Positions 29,815 to 40,340 of a DNA stretch of 64,000 nt are shown here, piece after piece. The notes below the pieces were generated by a model. The model made no database searches. It was not told where the DNA came from and saw only the letters and a list, made by a program, of their open reading frames with translations. A program made the translations under genes and the position numbers. The stretch's first letter is position 1. Each line of letters starts with the position of its first letter. The stretch comes from Candidatus Cloacimonadales bacterium (lineage in GTDB: Bacteria; Cloacimonadota; Cloacimonadia; Cloacimonadales; JAIOQZ01): the NCBI GenBank assembly GCA_963674825.1, contig OY771587.1:1920001-1984000 (forward strand), in the 5' to 3' direction.

Positions 29815-32499
29815 TCATTTCTTTCTATCAAAAATCGCCAACGCAGACGGAATGACCAGGAGGGTGGTCAAAAAGCACGCTGCGATGCCAATAAACAGGG
29901 TTATACCCAAGCTTGCCAAGCCGCGAAGAGTGGCAAATCCCATTGATCCGAAGGCAAGCATTGTGGTCAGCGTTGTGAGCAGGACAGCTTTGCCCGTACT
30001 GGTAAAGGTCTGCCGAATCTTTCCCGGTCCCTCTACGCGATATCGATTCAGGATGTGAACACCGTCATCGATTCCCATTCCGAGGATCAGCGGAACACCC
30101 ATCAGATTGAGGATATTCAACTGCATGCCTACCAACTTCATGATGCCCACCATCCAGACAGCACCGAAGAAAAGTGGTATCAGCGCGATAAGTGTTTTCT
30201 TGAGGCTACGGAAATCGACCAGTAGAAGCAAGAAAATAACACCGATCGTGAGCAGAGCTGCCAGGCGTCCATCCTGACCGATATATTGGATCAGAATGTA
30301 GAATACAAGCGGCATGCCGGTGATATTGGGATCGATCTCGTGCATGCGAGTCTGGAGATCCTTCAGATAAGCGAAATCCCATACCTGTTGCCGTGGGTAG
30401 ATCGTAACCAGATATTGGCTGCCATCCTTGCTGAGGAAACGATTAAGGATCGTTTCGGGAAGCTGATCGACGGTGATGGTAGAAGTATCGGTCATGCCCA
30501 GCGCCAGTTCATGCAATCTCGGCTTAAACGCTGCCTGGAACGCCTGAAGTCGCTGTAACGCTTCCGGCTGCTTATCGAGCTCCTCGACTATGCTCTGCAC
30601 CAGGCTGTGGCGCTGATCGACAGGCAATTCCAAGTTCCCGGTGATCGTTTTTGCCTTGCGATCGACCTTATCCTGTCCACCCATATACGCAAGCTGAGAA
30701 AGCTCGATGATGTTGTCTTCAAGACGATAAAGCTCGTCGGTAATGCTCGTGATATCGTCCTGAAGAAGGATGGAAGTCCGTTCGTTCTGAAGATCCGTGC
30801 GGATGGCGTCGATGTACGGCTTACGTTCTTCCTGTTCCAAAGTGGAAGGGATGAAGCTGCTGATGCTGGAGACCATGCCGACCGATTTCAACTTCTTCGC
30901 CTTGTCGGCAATCTCGCGCGATCCCTGTACGGTTTCGGTTGTCACCATGAACATATCGGTGGTGAGATCGTATTTATCAATCACTTTGTCCTGGATCACG
31001 ACACTTCTCAGCCCCTTGGGCTCGAGATCGAGATAGTTGTAGTTAAACTTGATGTCCAGTGCTTGCATGAGGAAGAATCCAGTGATGAGGATCGTCATGA
31101 TGAAGGTAACCCAGCGATGATTCGCTACAAACTCGGAGACGTGGCCGAGAAAGGCGAACGAAACCGCTTTCACTTCTTTCTGTTGCTTCTTTTTCGAGCT
31201 AAATCGCTCGCGGAGTATCAGCATGGGTGGCAAGACGATCAGCGCTGAAAGCATGGTCAGCAGTACACCGGTTCCGGCTACGAAACCGAATTCCTTCATA
31301 CCACTGTTGCGGGATACGAGCATGGTCAGGAACGCTAGCGCGGTGGTCAAAGCGCCGATGACAATGCCGTTGCCGGAGTGATGATACATGCTGAGGACCG
31401 ATTGCCCCGGTGACTCTCCTCGTGATCGGGCATCCTGAAATGCTGAGATCACGTGGATGTTGAAGTCAATCCCCAATCCCATCAGCACTACGGCGAACAT
31501 GGATGTCATCATGTTGAGGTGGCCATAGACGAGTTGTGTGAGTGCCGCTGCCCAGATCACGCCAACAATCAGACTGATTCCGGAAAGAAGCGGTGCCGCT
31601 ACCATGCGGAATGAGAAGATGAACAGCAGAATGATGAGAACGAACGAGATGATGGAGGTGTAGTTCATATCCTCCTGCGCGGCTATCGTTTCATCGCGAG
31701 CAAGGGTCATGGTACCGGTGAGTCCACCTTCGAGCGAGGAGAAGTTCTTGAGTTCGGCAGTAACCAGTGAATCAACGCGGTTCACCACCGGAATCACGAC
31801 ATCCATTTCGTCGATTGGAAAGGATGGCTGCGCAAAGAGCAGGATCATGTCACGCTCTGGCGAGAGATAATACGGATCGCCAAGCAGGAAGCGTTCGGCT
31901 GCTGCCTCACCAACAGCTTTGCCTGGTGTCTGCTCGCTTTCGAGGTATTGTTTAAGGGTCAGAAGATAGCTGCGGATGCCGTCCAGTGACTGCACTGCCT
32001 GATCTTCCTTCTCAGTGTCCGAAAGGCTTTCGTCGTTCTCAATGTATGTTTTCTCGAAGTTGTCGTTGATCGCGGTGAGAAACGGCAGCATACCGAGGTC
32101 CTTGAACATGTCGCGCATATTCTTCAGATTGCTGGTTGTCATCAGCATAAAGCCGTGCTGCGCAATGAAATCACGGTCTGTAGTATAATCTACTCGCTTG
32201 ATCTCAGGCTTGATCGCCGCGATTTTTGGAGCGACACGATTGGCGAACTCCACCAGTTCGTCCTCATCACCGGAAACCGCTACGATAAGATTGGAAGACG
32301 AGCTGAAATGATCGATAATCCGATTCAGTTCGATCACAGTGGGATCGTCACGCGGCATCAAGTCTTTGAAGCTCATCTTGACCTTCATACCGGAAGCGAT
32401 ATAGATCGAAAGCCCGGTGATGATCAGGAATATGAAAAGCAGTGCGATATGCTTCTTTGCAATTAGATTGCCGAAGAATTCGAAGATCTTCTTTCTCAT
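29815..32499 (-). CDS. MMPL/RND family transporter
   Basis: Duplicated halves with GLGIDF.IH and GMGIDDGVH. Confidence 0.9.
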   Translation of the reverse strand: MRKKIFEFFGNLIAKKHIALLFIFLIITGLSIYIASGMKVKMSFKDLMPRDDPTVIELNRIIDHFSSSSNLIVAVSGDEDELVEFANRVAPKIAAIKPEIKRVDYTTDRDFIAQHGFMLMTTSNLKNMRDMFKDLGMLPFLTAINDNFEKTYIENDESLSDTEKEDQAVQSLDGIRSYLLTLKQYLESEQTPGKAVGEAAAERFLLGDPYYLSPERDMILLFAQPSFPIDEMDVVIPVVNRVDSLVTAELKNFSSLEGGLTGTMTLARDETIAAQEDMNYTSIISFVLIILLFIFSFRMVAAPLLSGISLIVGVIWAAALTQLVYGHLNMMTSMFAVVLMGLGIDFNIHVISAFQDARSRGESPGQSVLSMYHHSGNGIVIGALTTALAFLTMLVSRNSGMKEFGFVAGTGVLLTMLSALIVLPPMLILRERFSSKKKQQKEVKAVSFAFLGHVSEFVANHRWVTFIMTILITGFFLMQALDIKFNYNYLDLEPKGLRSVVIQDKVIDKYDLTTDMFMVTTETVQGSREIADKAKKLKSVGMVSSISSFIPSTLEQEERKPYIDAIRTDLQNERTSILLQDDITSITDELYRLEDNIIELSQLAYMGGQDKVDRKAKTITGNLELPVDQRHSLVQSIVEELDKQPEALQRLQAFQAAFKPRLHELALGMTDTSTITVDQLPETILNRFLSKDGSQYLVTIYPRQQVWDFAYLKDLQTRMHEIDPNITGMPLVFYILIQYIGQDGRLAALLTIGVIFLLLLVDFRSLKKTLIALIPLFFGAVWMVGIMKLVGMQLNILNLMGVPLILGMGIDDGVHILNRYRVEGPGKIRQTFTSTGKAVLLTTLTTMLAFGSMGFATLRGLASLGITLFIGIAACFLTTLLVIPSALAIFDRKK

Positions 32500-32512
32500 A
32501 ATGTTACCCCGG

Positions 32513-33115
32513 TTATTTCGTTGTTATAACTTTCCACAGGTTGTCGATGTATCGATGTAGTTTGTCCTGAGCTTCCCTATCTACCTGGCTGATCATAATT
32601 GTGCCTTCATAGAGTGCATTGAAGCTGAAAGCAATAGAATCGATATCCACATCATTTCGAATGATTCCAGCATCCTGGCCTTGTTTTAACTTGCCCGAAA
32701 CTTGCTCCTGCATATGCCGATATATGTCTCGAGCTTTATCGCGGAGATCCGAAAATCTGCCCATAGCATCGAACATCATCTTGAAGTAATGGAACGGATT
32801 GATTCCTTTTTCGCCTGTCATTTGGAAGAAGGTTTCTTCGATCTCTCCGATAGTCTTGAAGAAGCCCTTGAACAGTTCCTCAGCGCTTCTAGACTGTTTA
32901 ACAAGCTCGCTGGTCCAATCAGCCATTTGCTCCAGATAGTTGGGGATAATCTCGTAGTAAAGCGCTTCCTTGCCGTTGAAATAGTGGTAAATTCCACCTT
33001 TGGTAATCCCTGAACGAACAACGATGTCGTTCATAGAAGCACGCTCATAGCTTTTTGTGAGGAATTCGATCAGCGCGGCATTCATGATGCGTTGCTTGGT
33101 AGAGTCGAGATTCAT
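32513..33115 (-). CDS. TetR/AcrR family regulator
   Basis: HTH SGITKGGIYHYF.GKE. Confidence 0.93.
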   Translation of the reverse strand: MNLDSTKQRIMNAALIEFLTKSYERASMNDIVVRSGITKGGIYHYFNGKEALYYEIIPNYLEQMADWTSELVKQSRSAEELFKGFFKTIGEIEETFFQMTGEKGINPFHYFKMMFDAMGRFSDLRDKARDIYRHMQEQVSGKLKQGQDAGIIRNDVDIDSIAFSFNALYEGTIMISQVDREAQDKLHRYIDNLWKVITTK

Positions 33116-33130
33116 ATTAGCTCCTTAATC

Positions 33131-33148
33131 ATACCGACTGGTCGGTAT
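33131..33148. promoter_or_regulatory. Probable TetR operator
   Basis: Palindrome ATACCGAC-TG-GTCGGTAT between the TTGACG promoter and the tetR RBS. Confidence 0.8.
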
Positions 33149-33238
33149 TGATTTTGAAGCTGTGATTTCCGTCAAGATTTTTTTGATTGAGATTCAGGTG
33201 ATGTGGGAAATCAGAATGGTAAAATTATCGAAACAACT

Positions 33239-34795
33239 CTATTCACTCGGCATGTCTTCTGGCTTTTTATCTTCAAGCACCACCATTTTGGTTTTCTTAC
33301 TATAATCAGCAAAACGATAGTTCTCGATATCTTTATATCGTGCGACGATATCGCGAATTTTCTGCGCGGCCTGGCGGGCTTTTTCCAGGTATTTCATCGT
33401 ATCCTGGTCACCGCTGAGCTGTATTTCCAAGAGATCGAGGTTTCCCTGCAAAACTGTAAGAGGCTGATTAATCTCGTGATTCGCAGTAACGGCCATTGCC
33501 GAGACGGAAGTAGTGCGTTCCAGTTTGATAATCTCATTCTGAGCCGATTTTAGCTGCTCGTATGCTGCTGCGAGTTCGACGTTTTTCAGGCGATAAATCT
33601 CCGCTTCCTTGGCTTTCTTCTCCGATTCGTATTTTTTATCCATCTCCGCGAGTGCACGGGTTTTTTCCACGGTGGAAATTCTTTCTCTCAGTTCCAGTAG
33701 CGCGCTCTGCTCTTCGAGGGCTTTCTGAAGATATCCGGACCGTTTCAGGTAGTTTTCTTTCTCGTGGTCCGCGAAGTTCATATACAGGAAGAAAGTGTTC
33801 TGATGATTTGCGAAGAGGATATCCAGCGCTGCGATTTCTTCAGCGATCACCCGGGATTCCATCAGGTGGGTCAACGCATTGTCGAACTGTCTCAGAAATA
33901 TCTCGCTGTTTGCCATGCTTGTCAGTGCGTTGGCGATTCCCCATTTTTCATCATTGACCCTGTTCATGTCGATTGCTTTCTGGTAGAAATTACGTGCTCG
34001 TGCATAATCATGCAGGTTGAAGTAAAGATTCCCCATATTGTTCAGTAAGTCCGCTTTGGGATGGGAATCTTCCATCTCGTCGTACAATTCAAGCGCTTTT
34101 AGTCCATTGGAGAGAGCATCTTCTGTTCTTGCCAGCATCATATAAGACTGGCATAGGTTGCTGTATATTCCACAGATGGTGTTGTTGTTTGCTTCGTCGC
34201 AAAACCTCAGGGCTTGCTGGAAATACTCAACAGCCATTTCGGGGTTGGCGATACGATTGTAAAGATTTCCGATGTTAACATTGATGTCACATAGATCGCC
34301 TTTATCGCCCAGTTCTTCACGGATCTTGAGCGCTTTCATCATGAAATCGAGGGCGCGGTCGAATTCGAGCTTGTTGCTATGAATCACACCAATGTTGTTG
34401 TAGAGCTGCGCCAACATGGGTTTCTCTTCGTTTTTCTCGAAATATTCCAGCGCATTGGTGAAGTGCTCCAGCGAACGATTCAGGTTACCTTTGCGGCTGT
34501 AGATCAGGCCAAGATTACTGTTCAATACGGCGATATCGCGCAAGCCTTCAACTTTCTCGGAGATCTCAAGAACTTTTATGTACCCGTTATCGGAATAGCC
34601 CATTTGCTCGAGCTGGATATAATACTGGTACACCATCGCGATCAGCATGCCCTTGGCTGTGTCGTCCGGCATCGATTCGATGATTCTGTCGCACTCGGCA
34701 AGGTACTCGATTGCTTCGTTGGGGGCTTCTTCCATCCTGTCGCGGACTTTCTCGACAAGTTCCTTTACTTTCTGGATATTCTGGTTTGTGTTCAT
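33239..34795 (-). CDS. TPR protein ending in a HisKA-like domain, no HATPase domain
   Basis: About 6 TPRs, coiled coil, AMAVTANHEINQPL; ends about 70 aa later. Confidence 0.82.
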   Translation of the reverse strand: MNTNQNIQKVKELVEKVRDRMEEAPNEAIEYLAECDRIIESMPDDTAKGMLIAMVYQYYIQLEQMGYSDNGYIKVLEISEKVEGLRDIAVLNSNLGLIYSRKGNLNRSLEHFTNALEYFEKNEEKPMLAQLYNNIGVIHSNKLEFDRALDFMMKALKIREELGDKGDLCDINVNIGNLYNRIANPEMAVEYFQQALRFCDEANNNTICGIYSNLCQSYMMLARTEDALSNGLKALELYDEMEDSHPKADLLNNMGNLYFNLHDYARARNFYQKAIDMNRVNDEKWGIANALTSMANSEIFLRQFDNALTHLMESRVIAEEIAALDILFANHQNTFFLYMNFADHEKENYLKRSGYLQKALEEQSALLELRERISTVEKTRALAEMDKKYESEKKAKEAEIYRLKNVELAAAYEQLKSAQNEIIKLERTTSVSAMAVTANHEINQPLTVLQGNLDLLEIQLSGDQDTMKYLEKARQAAQKIRDIVARYKDIENYRFADYSKKTKMVVLEDKKPEDMPSE

Positions 34796-35096
34796 CGTGA
34801 AACCTCTAATACGTTCGCTATACGAAAGATTGTCTGATCGAGGAAATTCGTCAAGATATTACCATTTTGCTATTCAATAACAGATAATATTCACGATGCA
34901 CAAAACCTTGCTAACCCCAAACGGCGTCAAGCGAAAAACACGGAATCTCAAGATTTTCTGAACAAGCTACGGGCATCGTTCGTTATTTCTTCCCGTATCG
35001 AATCGCAAAGCTACCATTCTGTTGACAAACCGTCTGAATTATAGCAAGATAGAAGTGTAGGTAAAGATTCAGATACTCTTTGCAGCAAGGAGGCTT

Positions 35097-35465
35097 ATGA
35101 TGAAAAGCACTGCTTTGATTTTAGTTTTTATCGCTTTATGTGCTATCTCGTTTCTGGCAGCACAGGATGCTGATTCCAGCGATTGCCAGACAATGATCGG
35201 GCTACTACCGAACAATCCCAATCCGTTCAAACCATGCACGACGATCGCGTTCAATCTCGATCGCGAAGCTGAATTCACCATCACGATCCACGACCACTAC
35301 GGGCAACTTGTGCAGCAGTACAACGGCATCGGACGAGAGGGACGTAATTCGTTCGAATGGGATGGTAAAGATCAGGCCGGTCGCATGGTCGAACCGGGTG
35401 TTTTTCTGATCAACATGTGCTGCGGTGAATACAACGGTACGTGCAAAGCAATTTTGATGAAATGA
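35097..35465 (+). CDS. Small secreted protein consisting almost only of an FlgD-type CTD
   Basis: Signal peptide then NNPNPFKP, WDGKDQAG..V.PGVF, KAILMK; RBS AGGAGG. Confidence 0.8.
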   Translation: MMKSTALILVFIALCAISFLAAQDADSSDCQTMIGLLPNNPNPFKPCTTIAFNLDREAEFTITIHDHYGQLVQQYNGIGREGRNSFEWDGKDQAGRMVEPGVFLINMCCGEYNGTCKAILMK

Positions 35466-35503
35466 TGTCTTGATTATTCTGTAAAACCCATAGACCCATC
35501 CAC

Positions 35504-35545
35504 ACCGCTTTCAATCGGCTCCGATTGGAGGCGGTTCCTTTTTTT
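35504..35545 (+). terminator. Rho-independent terminator
   Basis: ACCGCTTTCAATCGG/CCGATTGGAGGCGGT plus T run. Confidence 0.75.
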
Positions 35546-35553
35546 ACAAGGAT

Positions 35554-35608
35554 AAAAAAAACCGAACATTCTGATGCATCACAAGGATACATCTCGATGT
35601 TCGGTTTT
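35554..35608 (-). terminator. Probable terminator of the flagellar operon
   Basis: AAAACCGAACAT/ATGTTCGGTTTT stem with U-tract on the minus strand. Confidence 0.65.
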
Positions 35609-35646
35609 AAATTCCTGTTGATTTACACTGACCGAAAATATTCCGA

Positions 35647-36093
35647 TCAGCCGGCCTTGGCAACCGCATCGTCGGAGAGCAGGCGGAACTTCAGATCGTA
35701 ATCGGGGTGATCCAGTACTACCTGTTTTCCGAGGTTGTTCACGGTGTTGATGAGGAGCGGACCTTTGAGGTTCGCGGTCATCTTGCTCGGGTCCTTGGGA
35801 ACGGTGACGATCACAAGCTGTGCGACACGCGTCGGGTCATCGACTTCGATTTCTTCCAGGTCGGCTTTATAGAGCCGAATCTGGTAGTCGGGCTTAAAAA
35901 TGAGCGGATCGGTCACCACAAACGCGAGGTCGGGTGATTCCATGCTCTGGAGCCACTTCAGAGGTGACTTTTTGTTGGAATCGATCAGCACGTAGTCCTT
36001 GTAGCCGGCAAAGCCGAGGATGCCGCTTGGGAACGTGATCTTGGTCTTGGGATCGATTTCAATCTCGCCGAATCGTTTTGTCTTGATTTTCAT
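35647..36093 (-). CDS. fliW: Flagellar assembly factor FliW
   Basis: TKRFG, FPSGILGF, WLQS, TANLKGP, KQVVL. Confidence 0.95.
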   Translation of the reverse strand: MKIKTKRFGEIEIDPKTKITFPSGILGFAGYKDYVLIDSNKKSPLKWLQSMESPDLAFVVTDPLIFKPDYQIRLYKADLEEIEVDDPTRVAQLVIVTVPKDPSKMTANLKGPLLINTVNNLGKQVVLDHPDYDLKFRLLSDDAVAKAG

Positions 36094-36107
36094 GCTATTT
36101 CCCTCTC

Positions 36108-37280
36108 TTATAAATAATTAAGCAGACTTTCGGATAGAACACTACTCAGCATGGAAGTGGTGGTGGAAAGCGCCGTTTCGAGCAAAGAGAGTTGTGAAAT
36201 AGCATCCACCAGATCTGTTTCGGAGACATTCTCGATGTTGGACGTCAGGTTCGTTTCCACGCTAACGAGGTTGTTGCGTGCGACTTCGATCCTGTTCAGG
36301 CGGGTTCCCGCCGCGGCCAGCGTATTCTCGAAGGTGTCCTGAACCGCTTCAAGGTCTTCGAGAGCTTTCGCTATGGCATCGGAATCTCCATTTTCCAAAG
36401 CGATCTTGAGATTGTACATGGTATCGATCAGTCCGGTGTCTTCAGCTACTTCCTGCCCGGTGAAATTGGATATGATACGAGTTGATTTGCTCATATTGAA
36501 TTCAATTTCGCCATCATCACCATTATAGGCTCCGGAGCGGACATACAGCTTGAATTCGTCGCCTTCGGCGAACGTTCCGTCTGTAAAGCTTGCCTGGACA
36601 CCAAGGTCCTCACCGTTTACGTCGTCGTAAACCGATATCGTACTTGAAAGCGTCAGTTGACTTCCCCAGGTGGCACCGCCATCTTCAGAAACCTGATATT
36701 GGGCGGTACCGACGTCGCCGCCGGATATGATCCGTACCAGATATTCTTTCTCGGATGTGCCGGTGAATTCCCCGGAAGTGGTCATCGTACCCTCATAGGT
36801 ATTGGCACTGGATGCATAACCTGGCAGGATCCTTCCGTAATTGAGGTAGGCCTGCTCGTTGGTGTTGTATCCAGAGAAGAGGTAACGATTGTTCTGTTTG
36901 GTGTTAAGAGCTTGGAACATTTGTTCGATCATGCCTCCAACCTCATCGGAGCCAACCGCATATGTCGTAGCATTCGCTGTACCGGTTGCGTTCAATTCGG
37001 CAACCTCTCTCGCCTGGGCCAGAAGGTCGCTGATTTCCGACAAAGACTGCTCGGCAGCCGTCAGGTATTGCTCGGCGTCGTCCATGTTATCCTGATACCG
37101 TTGATTCGCTGCCAGATCGGCAGAGTATCTCATGTACATGACGGTACCTGTGGGGTCATCCGACGCATTGTTCAGCGATTTGCCCGTGGTGATTTCTTCT
37201 TGCAGCTCCCGATATTGCTCGAGCCGTTTGTTCAGCTGAGCATATACGGTTTGATACGCCATCTGGGTTGTGATTCTCAC
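36108..37280 (-). CDS. flgL: Flagellar hook-associated protein 3
   Basis: MRITT, TGK....SDDP, RYLFSG; GTG start after RBS GGAGG. Confidence 0.92.
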   Translation of the reverse strand: MRITTQMAYQTVYAQLNKRLEQYRELQEEITTGKSLNNASDDPTGTVMYMRYSADLAANQRYQDNMDDAEQYLTAAEQSLSEISDLLAQAREVAELNATGTANATTYAVGSDEVGGMIEQMFQALNTKQNNRYLFSGYNTNEQAYLNYGRILPGYASSANTYEGTMTTSGEFTGTSEKEYLVRIISGGDVGTAQYQVSEDGGATWGSQLTLSSTISVYDDVNGEDLGVQASFTDGTFAEGDEFKLYVRSGAYNGDDGEIEFNMSKSTRIISNFTGQEVAEDTGLIDTMYNLKIALENGDSDAIAKALEDLEAVQDTFENTLAAAGTRLNRIEVARNNLVSVETNLTSNIENVSETDLVDAISQLSLLETALSTTTSMLSSVLSESLLNYL

Positions 37281-37281
37281 C

Positions 37282-37527
37282 TTAACCTCCCATTTTACCA
37301 CTCAGAAGTTCGTTCAATTTATCAAACGATGTTTGATCAATGACAGTTTTGGACGCTTTCTGATTTTCTTTCAGAATTTTCTCATAGATCTCTTTGCGAT
37401 AGACCGGTAGCGCTTTGGGCGCTCTAATACCAATTCTTGCCGATGTTTTGTTCATCTCTGCGAGCACGATCTCAATATCGTCTCCGACGATAATCGACTC
37501 GCCAATTTTTCTGGTCAAAATTAACAT
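37282..37527 (-). CDS. csrA: Carbon storage regulator CsrA
   Basis: MLILTRKIGESI, RIGIRAPK...YRKEIY, plus the C-terminal extension typical of FliW-paired CsrA. Confidence 0.95.
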   Translation of the reverse strand: MLILTRKIGESIIVGDDIEIVLAEMNKTSARIGIRAPKALPVYRKEIYEKILKENQKASKTVIDQTSFDKLNELLSGKMGG

Positions 37528-37586
37528 CTTTCACCTTCCTTGGTGCCTTTGTATGCCGCGAGGGCAATTTTAACCTTCCCTGGTTA

Positions 37587-38963
37587 TCAGCCGACCAGTC
37601 CTATGACTGTTCCCATAAGCTCATCGGCCATTTCGATGATTTTGGCTGCCGCTTGGTAGGATCTCTGGTAGTTCAAGAGATTCACAGATTCCTCATCCAG
37701 CGACACACCTTTCACAGATTCCCTATAATTATCGATTTGATTTGTCGTCAGTTCCAATGTCTCTGCCTGCGTTTCGGCGGTGGAGGTGTCTTTTCCTATT
37801 TGCGAGATTGTTGAAGCGTAATACTCGCCAAAGGTCTGATTCCCCATCGACGTATCGGAACGCAGTCCTGCTATTTGAAGTGCAATACGGTTATCGCCCT
37901 CTTCTCCACCCAGAGAAGTGGCTATCTTATCCGGCGAATTGGCGATCGCGTCCGAGAGACGGAAATCGGCAGCGCCGGTTATGTCCGATGCGAAAAAGTC
38001 GAGATTTGTAGAAGGAGGATCGCCAATACCGCTACCCTGACGGTGGATGGCGTTGAACTGCTGACTGAGGTTGACGGCCAGGTTGTCCAGCCGGTCCATG
38101 TAGTTCGTAAGATGTTCGTCGCGCAGCTTTAGGAGGCCATTGAGCTGGCCCTGTGTGAGCCCGTTGATACCGGATTGTGTATCTGCCCAGTCGAGTGTGC
38201 TCTTCTGGAGGCCATCGACGACCCTTGTTCTCACTTCGATATGCCGTGCCGAGTCGTGCGTCACCAGCTGATCGGTCCCGAAATAGACGACTCTGCTGCC
38301 CGATGCGGTTTCCTGCACCGATACGTTACCATACTGTGAGAGTTCGTCCAGCAGTGCATCATACTTGTCTTCGAGATCGTTCGCGGGAGTTCCCTGCTGT
38401 CGAGCCATCGTGATCTGCTTGTTTAGCCCGGCGAGTTCGTCCGCAATACCGTTGACTTCTGAAGCCACGGTCTGGATTTCCTCATCGACCTCTGTGTACT
38501 TGTCCGAAATCGTTCCATAGACTCGTTGGAACGAATTCGAGAGCTTCTCGGCCGCGCTGAGGACGCTAAGCCTGTAGGTCGAATCGGCGGGATTGTCCGC
38601 GAGGGCTTCCCATGAATCCCAGAATGCACTGAGATCGGTTGCCAGTCCATAGTCCGAGAGTTCATTCAGCTCCGATTCCAGTTCCTGGAGCTTTTCGGAC
38701 ATCCTTCCCCACGAATTCAGCTCGGAGTTCTCCTCACGGTAGCTATCATCGAGGTAAAGGTCGCGCATACGCTCGATACGCACGGCTTCCACGCCTGTTC
38801 CATAGTAGGCGTTGTAATCGGAAACCGGTATGCTGCTTTCCTGAATCACGCGTTGCCGGCTATATCCTTCGGTATTCACGTTGGATATGTTATGACCGGT
38901 CGTCTGCAGATTCTGCTCAGCAACCGAAAGCGCTTTGCGCCCTATGGACAATAGGTCGAACAT
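37587..38963 (-). CDS. flgK: Flagellar hook-associated protein 1
   Basis: HNISNVNTEGYSRQ, GVSLDEE, YQAAAK. Confidence 0.95.
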   Translation of the reverse strand: MFDLLSIGRKALSVAEQNLQTTGHNISNVNTEGYSRQRVIQESSIPVSDYNAYYGTGVEAVRIERMRDLYLDDSYREENSELNSWGRMSEKLQELESELNELSDYGLATDLSAFWDSWEALADNPADSTYRLSVLSAAEKLSNSFQRVYGTISDKYTEVDEEIQTVASEVNGIADELAGLNKQITMARQQGTPANDLEDKYDALLDELSQYGNVSVQETASGSRVVYFGTDQLVTHDSARHIEVRTRVVDGLQKSTLDWADTQSGINGLTQGQLNGLLKLRDEHLTNYMDRLDNLAVNLSQQFNAIHRQGSGIGDPPSTNLDFFASDITGAADFRLSDAIANSPDKIATSLGGEEGDNRIALQIAGLRSDTSMGNQTFGEYYASTISQIGKDTSTAETQAETLELTTNQIDNYRESVKGVSLDEESVNLLNYQRSYQAAAKIIEMADELMGTVIGLVG

Positions 38964-38965
38964 GC

Positions 38966-39466
38966 CTAAATCCTCTTGTTCAGAAGAATTGAGCTTCTCT
39001 TCTGGTTGATCATTCCCACGCGACTGTAAACGCGGTCGCGGTCAATGATATCCGCGATCATTTCCAGGTTGTCTCCCACCATCTCCAAGCCGGTGCGGAT
39101 CAGTTCTTTATTCTCCGCGGAGAGCTTGTCGATTGTCTTGAGCGTGTTGGCAAAGACCTTGAAGAACACCTGTGCTTTCTCCCGCTCTTCGGGTTCGGAA
39201 AAGACACAGTCGATATTCTTCAGGGAGGTCTCTTCGATGCCCACACCCACCGTCAACGCCAGCGTTTCCATCAGGTCGTTCCGTTCGTTGGTGGTGTTGT
39301 GTGCGCGGCCGATCAACAGCGCTGCCCTTTGGCTGACTTCCTGGAACTGACGGATATCCCATTTCATTAAAGCGTACTTTTGCTCTGAAAGTACGAGTGC
39401 TACTTCCTGGTAAGCGGCAATCTCCTCTTCCCAGGCGTTGAAAAAATCTCTTTTCAGGGTATCCAT
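38966..39466 (-). CDS. flgN: FlgN-like flagellar export chaperone
   Basis: Helical 166 aa protein with N..LI motif, directly upstream of flgK; RBS AGGAG. Confidence 0.7.
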   Translation of the reverse strand: MDTLKRDFFNAWEEEIAAYQEVALVLSEQKYALMKWDIRQFQEVSQRAALLIGRAHNTTNERNDLMETLALTVGVGIEETSLKNIDCVFSEPEEREKAQVFFKVFANTLKTIDKLSAENKELIRTGLEMVGDNLEMIADIIDRDRVYSRVGMINQKRSSILLNKRI

Positions 39467-39479
39467 CTTGACTCCTTCT

Positions 39480-40331
39480 TTATTGCATCGATTCGTAATA
39501 ATCCATAACTCGTCGCACGTAGTGCTGGGTCTCTTTGAACGGCGGAATACCGTTGTGCTTATCGACATTTCCAGGACCGGCATTGTATGCTGCCAGCGCT
39601 AATTGGACGTCACCTTCATAGCGATCCATCATCATCTTGAGGTAGCGAACGCCACCCTGAATGTTCTGCTCAGGATCGAACGAATCCTGTACGCCAAGTC
39701 CTTCCGCTGTCTTGTCCATGAGCTGCATCAGACCCTTTGCGCCAGCGTGTGATTCAGCGTTGGGATTGCCGTAGCTCTCCTGTGCGATGACCGCCTTGAC
39801 CAGGTTCTCGTCCACACCGTACTTGTCGGCGATCTCCACGATGATCGGTTCGTATTCCCGAAGACGATCTGCGAGAGTCTTGCCGATGGGCTGCGCGGTT
39901 TTTTCCACGACTTTCTCGGCAACTTCCTGCACCGTTTCCGTTGTTTTGGTCAGGGGCTTCTTCGTGCGAATGTAGTCTTTCTCTGAGAGGTTTCGCAGGC
40001 TTTCGATGGGATCCTGATCCTGTGCATCGAACTGCTTCATGATCTGCTTCGAGAGGCCGAAATCGCCTTTCTTCGAGATGTTCATGGCGATCTGCTGCAG
40101 GAACATTTCCTGATACCAGTCGCCACCCGGGACATCGCCCAGCATGGATGCATTCTCGAGTGTCTCGGTCATTGCTGAAAGCATCTGCCGTACGAAAATC
40201 GCCTCGAATTCCTGCGCTGCTTCTTCCGCTTTATCGCGGTCGAAATCCTTGATCTGCTCACCGAGTTTCTTGAACTTCTCGGCGTCGATCCGCTGGATTT
40301 GCAGTGCTTGTTGTCCTTCGAGTGCGATCAT
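39480..40331 (-). CDS. flgJ: FlgJ-like rod-binding domain fused to an SLT lytic transglycosylase
   Basis: [14 protein letters not shown] (rod-binding); [31 protein letters not shown] (SLT). Confidence 0.85.
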   Translation of the reverse strand: MIALEGQQALQIQRIDAEKFKKLGEQIKDFDRDKAEEAAQEFEAIFVRQMLSAMTETLENASMLGDVPGGDWYQEMFLQQIAMNISKKGDFGLSKQIMKQFDAQDQDPIESLRNLSEKDYIRTKKPLTKTTETVQEVAEKVVEKTAQPIGKTLADRLREYEPIIVEIADKYGVDENLVKAVIAQESYGNPNAESHAGAKGLMQLMDKTAEGLGVQDSFDPEQNIQGGVRYLKMMMDRYEGDVQLALAAYNAGPGNVDKHNGIPPFKETQHYVRRVMDYYESMQ

Positions 40332-40340
40332 ACCATGCTC

